DNA of 62,438 nucleotides, counting the filler. It is 6 parts of 6 records of this genome, joined end to end, with 100 filler letters (N's around TTAATTAATTAA, not from the genome) between each part and the next. Parts side by side here need not be neighbours in the genome. Positions count along the whole stretch, not along the records: positions 42,828 to 53,862 come from SRR31147125_18825; positions 53,963 to 62,438 come from SRR31147125_18853; 4 more parts are not named here. One strand, given 5' to 3'. A program made the position numbers and the translations under genes. The notes under the pieces are model-generated. The model saw nothing but the letters and a program-made list of their open reading frames with translations, was not told where the DNA came from and searched no databases. Positions 50,689 through 60,754 of this stretch are shown here, one piece after another; positions within the stretch are counted from its first letter, which is position 1; each line of letters starts with the position of its first letter.

Positions 50689-52591
50689 ATGTATCAGACT
50701 TTACCGCAGATGCTCAGGGAAATAGTTGGAAAATATCCTGAGCTCAATGTCCAGTATGTAAAGGACAAAGAAGGTGCGTTCCAAACAACCACCTATACAC
50801 GATTTATGAAAGAGGTTCAGACGCTGGCATCGGCTCTGATTTCGCTAGGGGTAAAACGCGGTGATCATGTGGGAATTATCTCAGACAACCGCAAGGAGTG
50901 GTTGATAACCGACCTTGCCGTTCTATCACTGGGTGCTGCAGATGTACCACGCGGATGTGACGCCATGCCGTATGAGGTTGAATACATTCTTGATTATCCT
51001 GAATGTAAAATCACCTTTGCGGAAAATCAGGAACAGCTGAATAAAATCCTGAAGTTGAAAAAGAATCTCAATCATCTGGAAACAATAATCGTATATGAGT
51101 CTGGAATTAAACTTCCAAAGTCGGCCCAGCTGTCGGGAATTTCAGTACTTACCTTCGAAGAAGTTTTCAAAAAATGGTGAGGAACTCCTGAAAAAGAAAC
51201 CCAAAGCAATCGATAAGGAGATTGATAAGGGGAAGAAAGATGATCTGGCAACGATTATCTTTACATCCGGAACTACCGGTGAACCAAAAGGTGTCATGAT
51301 CAGTCACTGGAACTTTATCCATCAGGTTCTCGGTCTTCCGAAGGTGGTAAATGTAGAACCAGGAGACCGCTGGTTATCCGTGCTGCCGGTTTGGCACTCA
51401 TTTGAACGTATTCTGCAGTATGTCATTCTTGGCACAGCTTCTGGAATCGCCTACTCCAAACCAATCGGTAAAATCATGCTTCCTGACTTTCAGACAATTA
51501 ATCCGGGATGGATGGGATCAGTACCCCGTATCTGGGAATCGGTTATGTCCGGTGTATATCAGACTGTAAAGAAGAAAGGTGCCGTTTCACGGGCACTGTT
51601 CACATTCTTCGTTGCCGTTGGCGCCTCCTGGAAAAAGATGCAGAACATGCTGAAAAACTGCATGCCGCAGTATCACAAGCGTTATTATCCGCTTGATGTC
51701 GTTGTCGCGATACTGCCGTACCTCCTGCTTTTCCCATTGAAGAAGCTGGGAGATGTTCTGGTATTTAAATCCATACGACAGAAACTGGGCAACAGCTTTA
51801 AAGCAGGTGTTTCCGGGGGTGGTTCATTACCGGCATCCGTTGACCGTTTTTTCTCCGCTATCGGCATTACGCTGCTGGACGGATACGGTCTCACCGAAAC
51901 CAGCCCGGTAATTGGTCTGCGGGAAATGCGTCATCAGGTTCCAACCACAATGGCGGTATTTCCCGATACGGAAATTAAGATTGTGACCGAAGAGGGACAA
52001 TTGGCAAAACCGGGAGAAAAAGGTGTAATCTACGCACGCGGTGCACAGGTAATGATTGGATATTACAAACGTGACGATCTTACCAAGAAAATTATTGATA
52101 AAGATGGGTGGATTAATACGGGTGATATCGGTATGTGGACCCATAAAGGAGAATACGCCGTTAAGGGTCGTGCCAAGGATACGATTGTATTATCCGGCGG
52201 AGAAAATGTAGAACCGATTCCGATTGAGGCAAAATTGAGAGAATCACCCTATATCAACCAGGCTGTTGTGCTGGGACAGGATAAGAAGTATCTTGCGGCT
52301 CTGGTTACTCCGGACAAGCCGCAATTGGAGTCTTTCTGTTCCGAACATAATATTCCCTACAACACTGTTGATGACCTGCTTGATATTGCGGAAGTTAAGG
52401 AGCTGTTCAACTCCGAAATCCAGAACCTGGTCAACACCAAGATGGGATTCAAGAGTTTTGAACATATCTTCCGGCATACTGTTCTCGATGTAGTCTTTGA
52501 ACAGGGTCGAGAGCTTTCGGCTAAACAGGAGATTAAACGGCACAAGATTGCGGAGTTCTACAAGAAAGAGATTGAGGCGCTGTTTAAATAG
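50689..52591 (+). CDS. Long-chain fatty-acid-CoA ligase (AMP-binding), split by a +1 homopolymer frameshift
   Basis: IFTSGTTGEPKGV, GYGLTETSP, TGDIG and GRAKDTIVLSGGENVEP. Removing one A from the A6 run at 51169-51174 joins the two ORFs (about 633 aa). Confidence 0.9.
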
Positions 52592-52622
52592 GGTCTTGAG
52601 TGACTTTAACGAGTAATTAATT

Positions 52623-52652
52623 AAGGGATGGTGTGAATGCCATCCCTTTTTT
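52623..52652 (+). terminator. Rho-independent terminator after the acyl-CoA ligase
   Basis: AAGGGATGG-loop-CCATCCCTT followed by a T-tract. Confidence 0.8.
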
Positions 52653-52751
52653 GGTCTCTGCAGTATTATGTGAATACTATTTAACTGTATTAGTGAATAA
52701 GGGACTTTCCGTTAGGAATGAATCTCTAATGCCGTCTTTATATCACATCAT

Positions 52752-53792
52752 TTACAGCCCCTGGAACGTCAACCAGGAAACCAGCAATCCCGCCATATCC
52801 AATACTCCGACGAAAATGAGAACAGCCGGGATCAGAAAAATTAAAAGCCAGATAGTACGGCCTATTGGCAGTGTTATCTTTCTCTGAACCGCATCATCTC
52901 CTGAATTTTCCGGGATAGCTTTATCATTTTCCGCAAGTATTTGTTGCGCATCATTTATACTGAGATTGTCACGTTTATCACGTACAATCTTGCGGATAAT
53001 TGATATCGCCAAAAGAATAACCGGAACAAGCAAAATCAATCCGGAAACCGCGCCAACACGTCCGGGATATATTTCGTTCATATATTCAAGCTGGCTTGCT
53101 ACTCTGAAGAGAAGGATATTTATTCTGTTCAGTCTGCCGGTAAATATCAGAACACCAATCAGAATCAGAAAAATACCGCTTATCACTTTAATAGTATGGA
53201 GATGCTTGCCGAGCTTGGAAAAGAGCTGTTTGAAACGTGAAATAAATAAACCGGCAGCTATAAACGGCAGCCCCAGTCCAACCGAATAGACAATAAGCAG
53301 CAGTGCGCCGCGTCCTACCGATCCGGAACCGCTTGCCAGGAATAAAATCGATGCCAATATAGGACCGATACAAGGCGTCCAGCCTGCCCCAAATGCCATT
53401 CCCAGAAATATCGATCCAACAGCTCCACCTGGTCGTTTCTTGAAATGAAATCGTTTTTCAAGATTGAGCATTTTCCAGAAATCAAATATAAAATTCAAAC
53501 CGAGCAGAGCTACTATAACTCCTGCTCCCATATTAATATATGTTGCGGCTCCGCTTAACGCGATCCCTACTCCGCTGAAAAATACACCAAGCACAGTAAA
53601 AATGATGGTAAATCCCAGAACGAACAGTAACGAGTTTAAAAGCAGTACCGTTCTGTTTTTCCTGTTCTCTTCAATATCGGACAGACTGACACCGCCGATG
53701 TAGGTTAGATAGGAGGGAATTACAGGAAAAACACAGGGAGAAAGAAACGATACAATACCTGCCGTAAAGGCAATGATGAAATTCACATTCAT
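52752..53792 (-). CDS. ccdA: Cytochrome c biogenesis / thiol-disulfide transporter CcdA with C-terminal extension
   Basis: SFLSPCVFPVIPSY and GWTPCIGPIL redox Cys motifs. Confidence 0.88.
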   Translation of the reverse strand: MNVNFIIAFTAGIVSFLSPCVFPVIPSYLTYIGGVSLSDIEENRKNRTVLLLNSLLFVLGFTIIFTVLGVFFSGVGIALSGAATYINMGAGVIVALLGLNFIFDFWKMLNLEKRFHFKKRPGGAVGSIFLGMAFGAGWTPCIGPILASILFLASGSGSVGRGALLLIVYSVGLGLPFIAAGLFISRFKQLFSKLGKHLHTIKVISGIFLILIGVLIFTGRLNRINILLFRVASQLEYMNEIYPGRVGAVSGLILLVPVILLAISIIRKIVRDKRDNLSINDAQQILAENDKAIPENSGDDAVQRKITLPIGRTIWLLIFLIPAVLIFVGVLDMAGLLVSWLTFQGL

Positions 53793-53814
53793 ATGCGTAT
53801 CCTGCCTTTAATCA

Positions 53815-53862
53815 TTAATATGCCAAAAGATCCTCAAACATCTGCCGCAATTCGGGAGTGTC
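53815..53862 (-). CDS. C-terminal 15 aa of an upstream gene, possibly a TlpA-like thioredoxin
   Basis: DTPELRQMFEDLLAY* ends just before ccdA. The identity is inferred from context only. Confidence 0.3.
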   Translation of the reverse strand, partial: DTPELRQMFEDLLAY

Positions 53863-53962
53863 NNNNNNNNNNNNNNNNNNNNNNNNNNNNNNNNNNNNNN
53901 NNNNNNTTAATTAATTAANNNNNNNNNNNNNNNNNNNNNNNNNNNNNNNNNNNNNNNNNNNN
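53863..53962. other. Artificial contig-joining spacer
   Basis: Same linker. Confidence 0.99.
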
Positions 53963-54410
53963 GATCATCTTCACTATCAAAATTCTCCAGTCCTAGGTTT
54001 TCAAAGCCAACTCTATTCAGCATTTTATTGCATTCTTTTACACTTAGTTTCTTGTTAAAACAATATATGATGATGCTGTCTCTTTTATTTTTAACAAAAA
54101 GCTGAGAGTAATCACAAGCCTTTAAATACCATTGAACGTCAGCAAAATCAATGCCAATAGCCAAAAATATCCTTAGTATATATCTTCGGCTTGGTTGTTT
54201 TTTGCCCGAAAGAATATCAAAGAAAAAACGCTTGCTAATGCCGCTATCACGGATAACCTTAGCTTTAGTCATCTTCCTATTTTGGATTTCAAGATTTATA
54301 TATTCTCCAATAGAAAGCAATTCAAACTGGTCTTTATTTTCTTCCAAAAACTCAGTTATTGACTCTGTACCCATAAGACTATGAAGAACCTTTTCTGTCG
54401 CAACTCCCAT
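53963..54410 (-). CDS. XRE/HTH-like hypothetical protein, 3' end cut by contig end
   Basis: KAKVIRDSGISKRFFFDILSGKKQPSR helix-turn-helix pattern and KRDSIIIY. Confidence 0.65.
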
Positions 54411-54566
54411 ACTAACCCCCTATACATATGTATTGTATCATATATAGGTTTTTATGTTAACAATTAAATTATTTGTCAGTTTAAACTTAATTTGTTTTTT
54501 AAGATATAAGCCTTGCTATTTCGATTGTTTATTTAATAAACTAAAAAAACTTCTTATCATTTATAC

Positions 54567-54599
54567 AAAAATAGCTAGCGAAACAGCTTTCACTAGCTT
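54567..54599 (-). terminator. Terminator downstream of the polyamine operon
   Basis: Minus strand AGCTAGTGAAA-gctg-TTTCGCTAGCT followed by ATTTTT. Confidence 0.7.
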
Positions 54600-54738
54600 A
54601 ATTATTCAACTTAATTTTGCGCCTACAATCCACTTATTGCTACTCTGTCTACTCCCCTTCAATAATTTCATATATATTCTGTGTTACGGGAATTTTTAAT
54701 ATCATATTAATATCAGTGAATAAAATTTTTCAACATTA

Positions 54739-55875
54739 TCATAGTCTACTTTTATAGTCCTCATAAAAGAATTCCTTAACTATTTTAATTCCGTCATCGT
54801 CCAAAGTCGCAATCGATGGTAGATTGATTCCATTAAACATATTATTTTTAACCATTGTATAATGTGCCATATCACACAGAATTAAAACATCGCCTATTTC
54901 TAACGGTTTTTCAAATGAATAATCTCCTATAATATCTCCAGCTAAACAAGAAGGACCACCAAGTCTGTAATTGTATCTGTGTTCGTTCGCTTTACCAGCG
55001 CCAATAATTTCAGGTCTATATGGCATTTCAAGAACATCTGGCATATGACATGCGGCAGAAGCATCCACAATCACATTACTAATTGAATCAGAAATAATAT
55101 CCAAGACTCTCGTTGCAAGGTATCCAGTGTTTAAAGCAATCGCTTCGCCAGGTTCTATATAAACCTTTATATCGTATTTATTTTTAATATATCTAATTAT
55201 TCTGATCAATCTGTCAATATCATAATCATCTCTGGTTATATGATGACCTCCACCAAAATTCACCCATTTCATATCATATAGATATGCTCCGAATTTTTCC
55301 TCAAAAACTTCAATAATACGTTCAAGAGTGTCCGAATTTTGTTCGCACATAGCATGAAAGTGAATTCCTTCCACTCCTTCAAGCTCGTCAGGTTTGAATT
55401 CTGATAATTTGACACCTAACCTCGAATTAACACTACAAGGATCATACATTTCAACCTCTACCTCAGAGTATTCGGGATTAACTCTAATACCTATGCTAAT
55501 ATGTTTGTTTTGGTCTACAACTATATCTTTAAATTTATTTAATTGAGCAAAAGAATTAAATATAATATGATCACAACAATCCATTATGTCGCTAAATGTA
55601 TCATCTCTATAAGCAGGAGAATAAATATGCACTTGTTTTGCCATTTCTTCATACCCTAAGCGCGCTTCAAATAATGAGCTAGCAGTTACTCCAGCTAGAA
55701 CCGCTCCAATTTGCGGAAAAAATTCAAACATTGAAAAGCCTTTAAGTGCCAATAATATCTCACATCCTGTGCTTTTTTGCACTGTATCCAATATCTTTAG
55801 GTTTTTCTCTATAAGCCGCTTATCAACAACATAACATGGCGTTTTTATATTTTTTAAATATGCTTCCATTCGCAC
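54739..55875 (-). CDS. nspC: Carboxynorspermidine/carboxyspermidine decarboxylase
   Basis: TPCYVVD, LLALKGFS, HFHAMCEQ, NFGGGHHIT, CHMPDVLEMPYRP and HYTMVKNNMFNG. Confidence 0.95.
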   Translation of the reverse strand: MRMEAYLKNIKTPCYVVDKRLIEKNLKILDTVQKSTGCEILLALKGFSMFEFFPQIGAVLAGVTASSLFEARLGYEEMAKQVHIYSPAYRDDTFSDIMDCCDHIIFNSFAQLNKFKDIVVDQNKHISIGIRVNPEYSEVEVEMYDPCSVNSRLGVKLSEFKPDELEGVEGIHFHAMCEQNSDTLERIIEVFEEKFGAYLYDMKWVNFGGGHHITRDDYDIDRLIRIIRYIKNKYDIKVYIEPGEAIALNTGYLATRVLDIISDSISNVIVDASAACHMPDVLEMPYRPEIIGAGKANEHRYNYRLGGPSCLAGDIIGDYSFEKPLEIGDVLILCDMAHYTMVKNNMFNGINLPSIATLDDDGIKIVKEFFYEDYKSRL

Positions 55876-55878
55876 CTC

Positions 55879-57078
55879 TTAATCTACAAGTACAGGATTA
55901 AAGCTTTCATGCCACGGTAATCCTTGCTTATTAAGTTCATCCATGAATGGATCCGGGTCAAACTCCTCAACATTATAAACACCTGGCTTTTTCCACTGTC
56001 CGGTTAATATCATCTTTGCACCAATCATAGCCGGAACACCCGTCGTATATGAGATGGCTTGTGATCCAACTTCTCTGTATGCCACTTGATGATCACATAT
56101 ATTGTATACATAATACAACATTTCTTTTTTATCTTTTCTACCCTTAACAATGCACCCAATATTGGTTTTTCCTTTTGTCCGCTCTCCAAGTGTAGCTGGA
56201 TCAGGTAAAACCGCCTTTAAAAACTGTAACGGTTGAATTTGTTTCCCCTCGAAGTCTATCGGTTCAATTGATGTCATATTAACGTTTTGGAGCACAGTCA
56301 AATGAGTTATATACGCTTGCGAAAAAGTCATCCAAAATCTTATTTTCTTTATACCTTTAATGTTCTTAGAAAGCGACTCCAACTCTTCATGGTACAAAAG
56401 ATATATATCCTTTTCTCCGATCACAGGAAAGTTATAAGTTTTTTTCACTTCCAAAGGTTGAGTTTCAACCCATTCACCTTTTTCATAATATCGACCATTA
56501 GCAGTTATTTCGCGAATATTGATTTCTGGGTTAAAATTTGTCGCAAAAGGATATCCATGATCACCATCATTTGCGTCCAAAATATCAATCGTATCTATTT
56601 CATCAAAATAATGCTTTTTTGCATATGCGCAAAACACCCCAGTTACGCCAGGATCAAAACCACTACCAAGCAGTGCAGTAATACCTGCTTTTTCAAATTT
56701 CTCTTTGTATGCCCATTGCCACTTGTATTCAAATTTTGGTACATCTGGCGGCTCATAATTTGCAGTATCCATATAATGTACGCCCGTTTCTAGGCACGCA
56801 TCCATTATCGTCAAATCTTGATAAGGAAGTGCAACATTAATCACAATATCTGGATTAAACCACTTTATTACTTCTACAACTTGCTCCGTAATATCAGCAT
56901 CAACTTGCACTGTACATATTTTTGTCTTGCTATTTTTTACCGAATCCATAATTGCATCACACTTCGATTTTGTTCTGCTTGCAATACATATTTCTTCAAA
57001 CACTTCGGCGTTCTGTGCACATTTATGCACCACAACATTCGCGACTCCGCCTGCTCCAATTATTAATGCCTTGCCCAT
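55879..57078 (-). CDS. Carboxynorspermidine/carboxyspermidine dehydrogenase (saccharopine dehydrogenase family)
   Basis: IIGAGGVA, NVALPYQDLTIMDACL, GSGFDPGVT, FATNFNPEINIRE and QAISYTTGVPA, adjacent to nspC. Confidence 0.93.
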   Translation of the reverse strand: MGKALIIGAGGVANVVVHKCAQNAEVFEEICIASRTKSKCDAIMDSVKNSKTKICTVQVDADITEQVVEVIKWFNPDIVINVALPYQDLTIMDACLETGVHYMDTANYEPPDVPKFEYKWQWAYKEKFEKAGITALLGSGFDPGVTGVFCAYAKKHYFDEIDTIDILDANDGDHGYPFATNFNPEINIREITANGRYYEKGEWVETQPLEVKKTYNFPVIGEKDIYLLYHEELESLSKNIKGIKKIRFWMTFSQAYITHLTVLQNVNMTSIEPIDFEGKQIQPLQFLKAVLPDPATLGERTKGKTNIGCIVKGRKDKKEMLYYVYNICDHQVAYREVGSQAISYTTGVPAMIGAKMILTGQWKKPGVYNVEEFDPDPFMDELNKQGLPWHESFNPVLVD

Positions 57079-57123
57079 TTTATTCCTCCAAAATATATTC
57101 TATCGTCACTTTGCTAATTTTAA

Positions 57124-57971
57124 TTACATCAATAAAATAAATTCTCTTAAAACCTTACACGCGACCATTGTAGAAACCCCACTTGTATCATAATGTGGCG
57201 ATAACTCTACAATATCACCGCCAACAATATTGCACTTACTAAGTATAGCCAATCCGTCAATCAATTCCTTAAATGTGATTCCTCCAGGCTCTGGCGTTCC
57301 CGTACCGCTAAATATTGATGGGTCTAAAACATCTAAGTCAATAGTCAAATAAACAGGTTTGCCTCCTATACTGTTAATCATCTCTTTTAAACCAGTTAAG
57401 TCAAACCTAGATATATTGGTATGGTCTTTCGCAAACTCAAATTCTTCTTTAGTTCCAGATCTTATACCAAGCTGATATAGCCGATTATCACCAAGAAGGT
57501 CGTAAACTCTTTTCATAACAGATGCATGCGATAGTTTTTCAGAAGAAAATGCCTCTCGCAAATCAGCATGAGCATCCAATTGAACCACGACTAAATCCTC
57601 ATATTTTTGTTCATACGCCTTTATTATAGGATAACTAACTAAATGTTCCCCACCTACAGAAACTGTTTTTTTATCATCCATTAGTAATTTTACAACTTCT
57701 TCTTCAACACATTCCATTGCAGCAGACGTATTACCAAGTGGCATCTCAACATCACCAAAATCAAATACTTTATAATCCAGTAAATCTTTGTCCAAGTATG
57801 GACTATATGACTCAATAGCATAAAGTTCTTGTCTAATTGCTTGCGGTCCAAATCTTGCACCAGGACGATAACATGCAGTCCCATCAAAAGGAATACCTAT
57901 TATGACTATGTCACTTTTATCATAACCATAATCAAAAAAATCTTTTCATTTAAGTTGCAATTTTTCACCAT
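57124..57971 (-). CDS. speB: Agmatinase, 5' end disrupted by a homopolymer frameshift
   Basis: GGEH, DAHADL, SHAS and DLDVLDP...GTGTPEPGG. The frame extends upstream through GIPFDGTACYRPGARFGPQAIR, and an indel in the A7 run at 57934-57940 links it to the ATG at 57971. Confidence 0.9.
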
Positions 57972-57982
57972 TTAAAATCACC

Positions 57983-59905
57983 TTACTTTTCATAATATGT
58001 ATATCCTTCTAGACCTCGTTCATATGTCTCCACTATTTTTTCTCTCTCTTCATTTGATATATATCCGCTAGCAACTGCACCATCAGCCGTCTCTCTGAAT
58101 TTCTTTTTCACATCATCAATATCATATTCAACACAAGATAACACTTGCGAAACCGTATCTCCACGGATCTGTCTTGCTATATCAAACCCACCCTCAGAAT
58201 CCAGTTTCACACTTACAACATTCGTATCTCCAAAGAGGTTGTGCAAGGCTCCTAATGTTTCTTGGTATGCTCCCACTAAAAAAGCACCGAGATAATATTC
58301 TTCTTCTGTTAATTCATGTAGAGGTAATGATCGTTTAATATCATGTGGATCGGTAAATTTGTCAATTTTACCATCGCAATCACATGTGATATCCGCAAGC
58401 ACAGCATTTCTCGTTGGGCATTCGTCTAACCTTTGAATTGGCATGATAGGAAATAAATGATCAATCGCCCAGCTATCAGGTATAGACTGAAATAATGAAA
58501 AATTACAATAATATATATCTGTAACCGCCCTTTCTATCTGATCTAATTCCCCTTGGCGAACTCTAATGTTTTTTTTCGTATCGACAACCTTATTTATTGT
58601 GTTCCAAAATATCTTTTCTCCAAGCGAGAGTTCTCGTAGTCCAATGCTCCCATGACGAAAAGCTTCTCTAATTTGATCACGATAATAAAGTGCATCGTTA
58701 TAGCATTCTTGCAAGTTTTTCATAGTTATTGTCTGATTTGCATAAAGCAAATTCACTATTGGCTCATATGTATCTTCTCCAAGCGTTTCAGGAATATCAT
58801 ATGATTCAAATTTCATCGTATCTAACACATTAAAAACAAGTACCGAATAATAAGCTACAACCCATCTTCCCGATTCAGTAATTATCGTAGGATGATCAAT
58901 ATTGGTTTTATCCATAGTCTCCATTACTGCTTGAACTACATCAGCACAATATTCGGGTATCGAATAATTTCGACTACTTTCGAAATTGGTGTGTGATCCA
59001 TCATAATCAACAGCCAACCCACCACCGATATCAATATATCCCATTTTTGCGCCTTCTTTTACTAGTTCAGCGTACACTCTTGATGCTTCAAATATTGCTG
59101 CCCTAATATCTCTAATATTGGGCACTTGCGAACCTATGTGACAATGTAAAAGCAACAATGAATCCAGCATATCATTTTGCTTTAACTTATCCACAACTTC
59201 TGTTAACTGCGATATATTGAGCCCAAATATACTTCTATCTCCACTCGATTCCGCCCAATGTCCGCCCGCAACAGAAGAAAGTTTTATCCGAATTCCAATG
59301 TTAGGTTTAACCTTAAGCTTTTTCACACAGTCAATTATTATATCCAGCTCACGTGGCATCTCGATAATAAAAAAACATTTGAATCCCATCATTATCGCAT
59401 TAAGACCTAAGTCAATAAATTCTTCATCTTTATATCCATTGCAAATCAAGCAAGCCTCTTTGTCTTTTATTTCTGCAAGTGCAGCAATTAGTTCCGCTTT
59501 GCTTCCAACCTCAAAACCGTGGTGAAACTTCTGACCATATTTCGCCACTTCTTCAACCACCTGCTGTTCCTGATTAACTTTAATTGGAAAAACTCCACGA
59601 TATTCACCTTTGTATCCTTCATCTTTTATTGCTTCAGCAAAAGAATTATTTAAAGATGCAAGTTGCGCATCTAGAATATGTTCAAAACGCAAAAGAACAG
59701 GTGCTTGCATTCCCATATCTTTTATACAGTTCATTATTTCAACTAAACTAACTGCCTTTTCTTTATCAACCTTATCCGAGCCAACTTCAATAGCTCCATC
59801 ATCCGATATAGAAAAATAACCACCACTCCAGTTATCAATATTGTATAATTCTTTTGCTTTATCTACTGTCCATCTTCTTAGCAAATTAGCATTATTCATA
59901 TACAC
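57983..59905 (-). CDS. speA: Biosynthetic arginine decarboxylase (alanine-racemase fold)
   Basis: FPIKVNQ, EVGSKAEL, CNGYKD, HIGSQ, DIGGGLAVDYDGS, ESGR, DITCDCDGKI and VGAYQETLGALHNLFG. Confidence 0.95.
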   Translation of the reverse strand: MYMNNANLLRRWTVDKAKELYNIDNWSGGYFSISDDGAIEVGSDKVDKEKAVSLVEIMNCIKDMGMQAPVLLRFEHILDAQLASLNNSFAEAIKDEGYKGEYRGVFPIKVNQEQQVVEEVAKYGQKFHHGFEVGSKAELIAALAEIKDKEACLICNGYKDEEFIDLGLNAIMMGFKCFFIIEMPRELDIIIDCVKKLKVKPNIGIRIKLSSVAGGHWAESSGDRSIFGLNISQLTEVVDKLKQNDMLDSLLLLHCHIGSQVPNIRDIRAAIFEASRVYAELVKEGAKMGYIDIGGGLAVDYDGSHTNFESSRNYSIPEYCADVVQAVMETMDKTNIDHPTIITESGRWVVAYYSVLVFNVLDTMKFESYDIPETLGEDTYEPIVNLLYANQTITMKNLQECYNDALYYRDQIREAFRHGSIGLRELSLGEKIFWNTINKVVDTKKNIRVRQGELDQIERAVTDIYYCNFSLFQSIPDSWAIDHLFPIMPIQRLDECPTRNAVLADITCDCDGKIDKFTDPHDIKRSLPLHELTEEEYYLGAFLVGAYQETLGALHNLFGDTNVVSVKLDSEGGFDIARQIRGDTVSQVLSCVEYDIDDVKKKFRETADGAVASGYISNEEREKIVETYERGLEGYTYYEK

Positions 59906-60212
59906 CCCTGATTCTTAATTCAAGCTTTATCTTAAACTATAGTTTTTGCAAGATTACTTTGTTTCTCTTATCATACATTTTATCCAAAATGCATACATTA
60001 GTAAACATAAAATATATATCAAACTATATATTACAGTCCCATATCAACACTTTTATACTTATTTAACAAAAAATTCTTTTATATACTAATAACATGTACC
60101 ATAGAAAATTAACCTCCGCTCAATCCAATCAAGCTTATCAATACAAAACTCATAATTAAGAGGAAATTGGATTATCGTTAAAAAATCGTTACAAAGAATA
60201 TTAATAAACATC

Positions 60213-60241
60213 TTGACAAAAGAGTTAAGCAGATTTACACT
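60213..60241 (+). promoter_or_regulatory. sigma70/sigmaA promoter TTGACA-17-TACACT with an embedded MarR operator (GTTAAGCAGATTTAC)
   Basis: -35 at 60213-60218 and -10 at 60236-60241. The spacer holds a near-copy of the palindrome at 60727. Confidence 0.75.
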
Positions 60242-60247
60242 ATGGAC

Positions 60248-60700
60248 ATGGATAGGAATATAAAGAACAATACAGTATCAAAACTTTTTGAACTCGTGTA
60301 TATAGCAATGGATTTTGAAAGTAGTTCAAGAAAATACGGCACAGACATTACCATAAGTTCAGCTGAAATCTATCAACTGAAATGCATTGGTGAAACACCA
60401 AAAGCAAACATCACTGTATTAGCAGATATGCTTAATATATCAAAATCTGCAGTATCTCAATCGGTGAAAAAGCTTGAAGCAAAAAATTTGGTGGATGTCG
60501 GTATTGACGAAGACAATCATTCAAGATATGTCATCAATTTAACAGAAAAAGGCGAAATTGCTCATAACCAGCATATGTCACAACGACACGAGATATTTGA
60601 AAAACTTAGCCTTGCGCTTAGTGATTATTCTGATGAGCAATGCAAAGCTATCTTTATGTTTTTAAATGAATCAAAAGATATACTAAAAGAATTTGTTTGA
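60248..60700 (+). CDS. MarR-family transcriptional regulator
   Basis: LADMLNISKSAVSQSVKKLEAKNLV...LTEKG winged HTH. The ATG at 60248 is preferred over 60242 because of the promoter position. Confidence 0.9.
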   Translation: MDRNIKNNTVSKLFELVYIAMDFESSSRKYGTDITISSAEIYQLKCIGETPKANITVLADMLNISKSAVSQSVKKLEAKNLVDVGIDEDNHSRYVINLTEKGEIAHNQHMSQRHEIFEKLSLALSDYSDEQCKAIFMFLNESKDILKEFV

Positions 60701-60726
60701 TAGAAACAAATTTTTTTACACAAAGT

Positions 60727-60741
60727 GTTAAGCAGCTTAAC
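60727..60741. promoter_or_regulatory. Perfect palindrome GTTAAG-CAG-CTTAAC, likely MarR operator before the MATE gene
   Basis: Inverted repeat directly upstream of the AAAGGAG RBS, with a second copy in the marR promoter. Confidence 0.75.
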
Positions 60742-60754
60742 TAAAGGAGAAAAC

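Noticed and set aside
6451-53962. Repeated TTAATTAATTAA within N runs, five times
   Set aside because: Artificial six-frame-stop linker between contigs, not a biological repeat. Gene adjacency across the spacers is meaningless, and ORFs ending in X...LIN are artefacts.
54630-54665. GGGGAGTAG on the minus strand, resembling the start of a yybP-ykoY riboswitch
   Set aside because: The rest of the conserved core and stems were not found, and no Mn-related gene follows.
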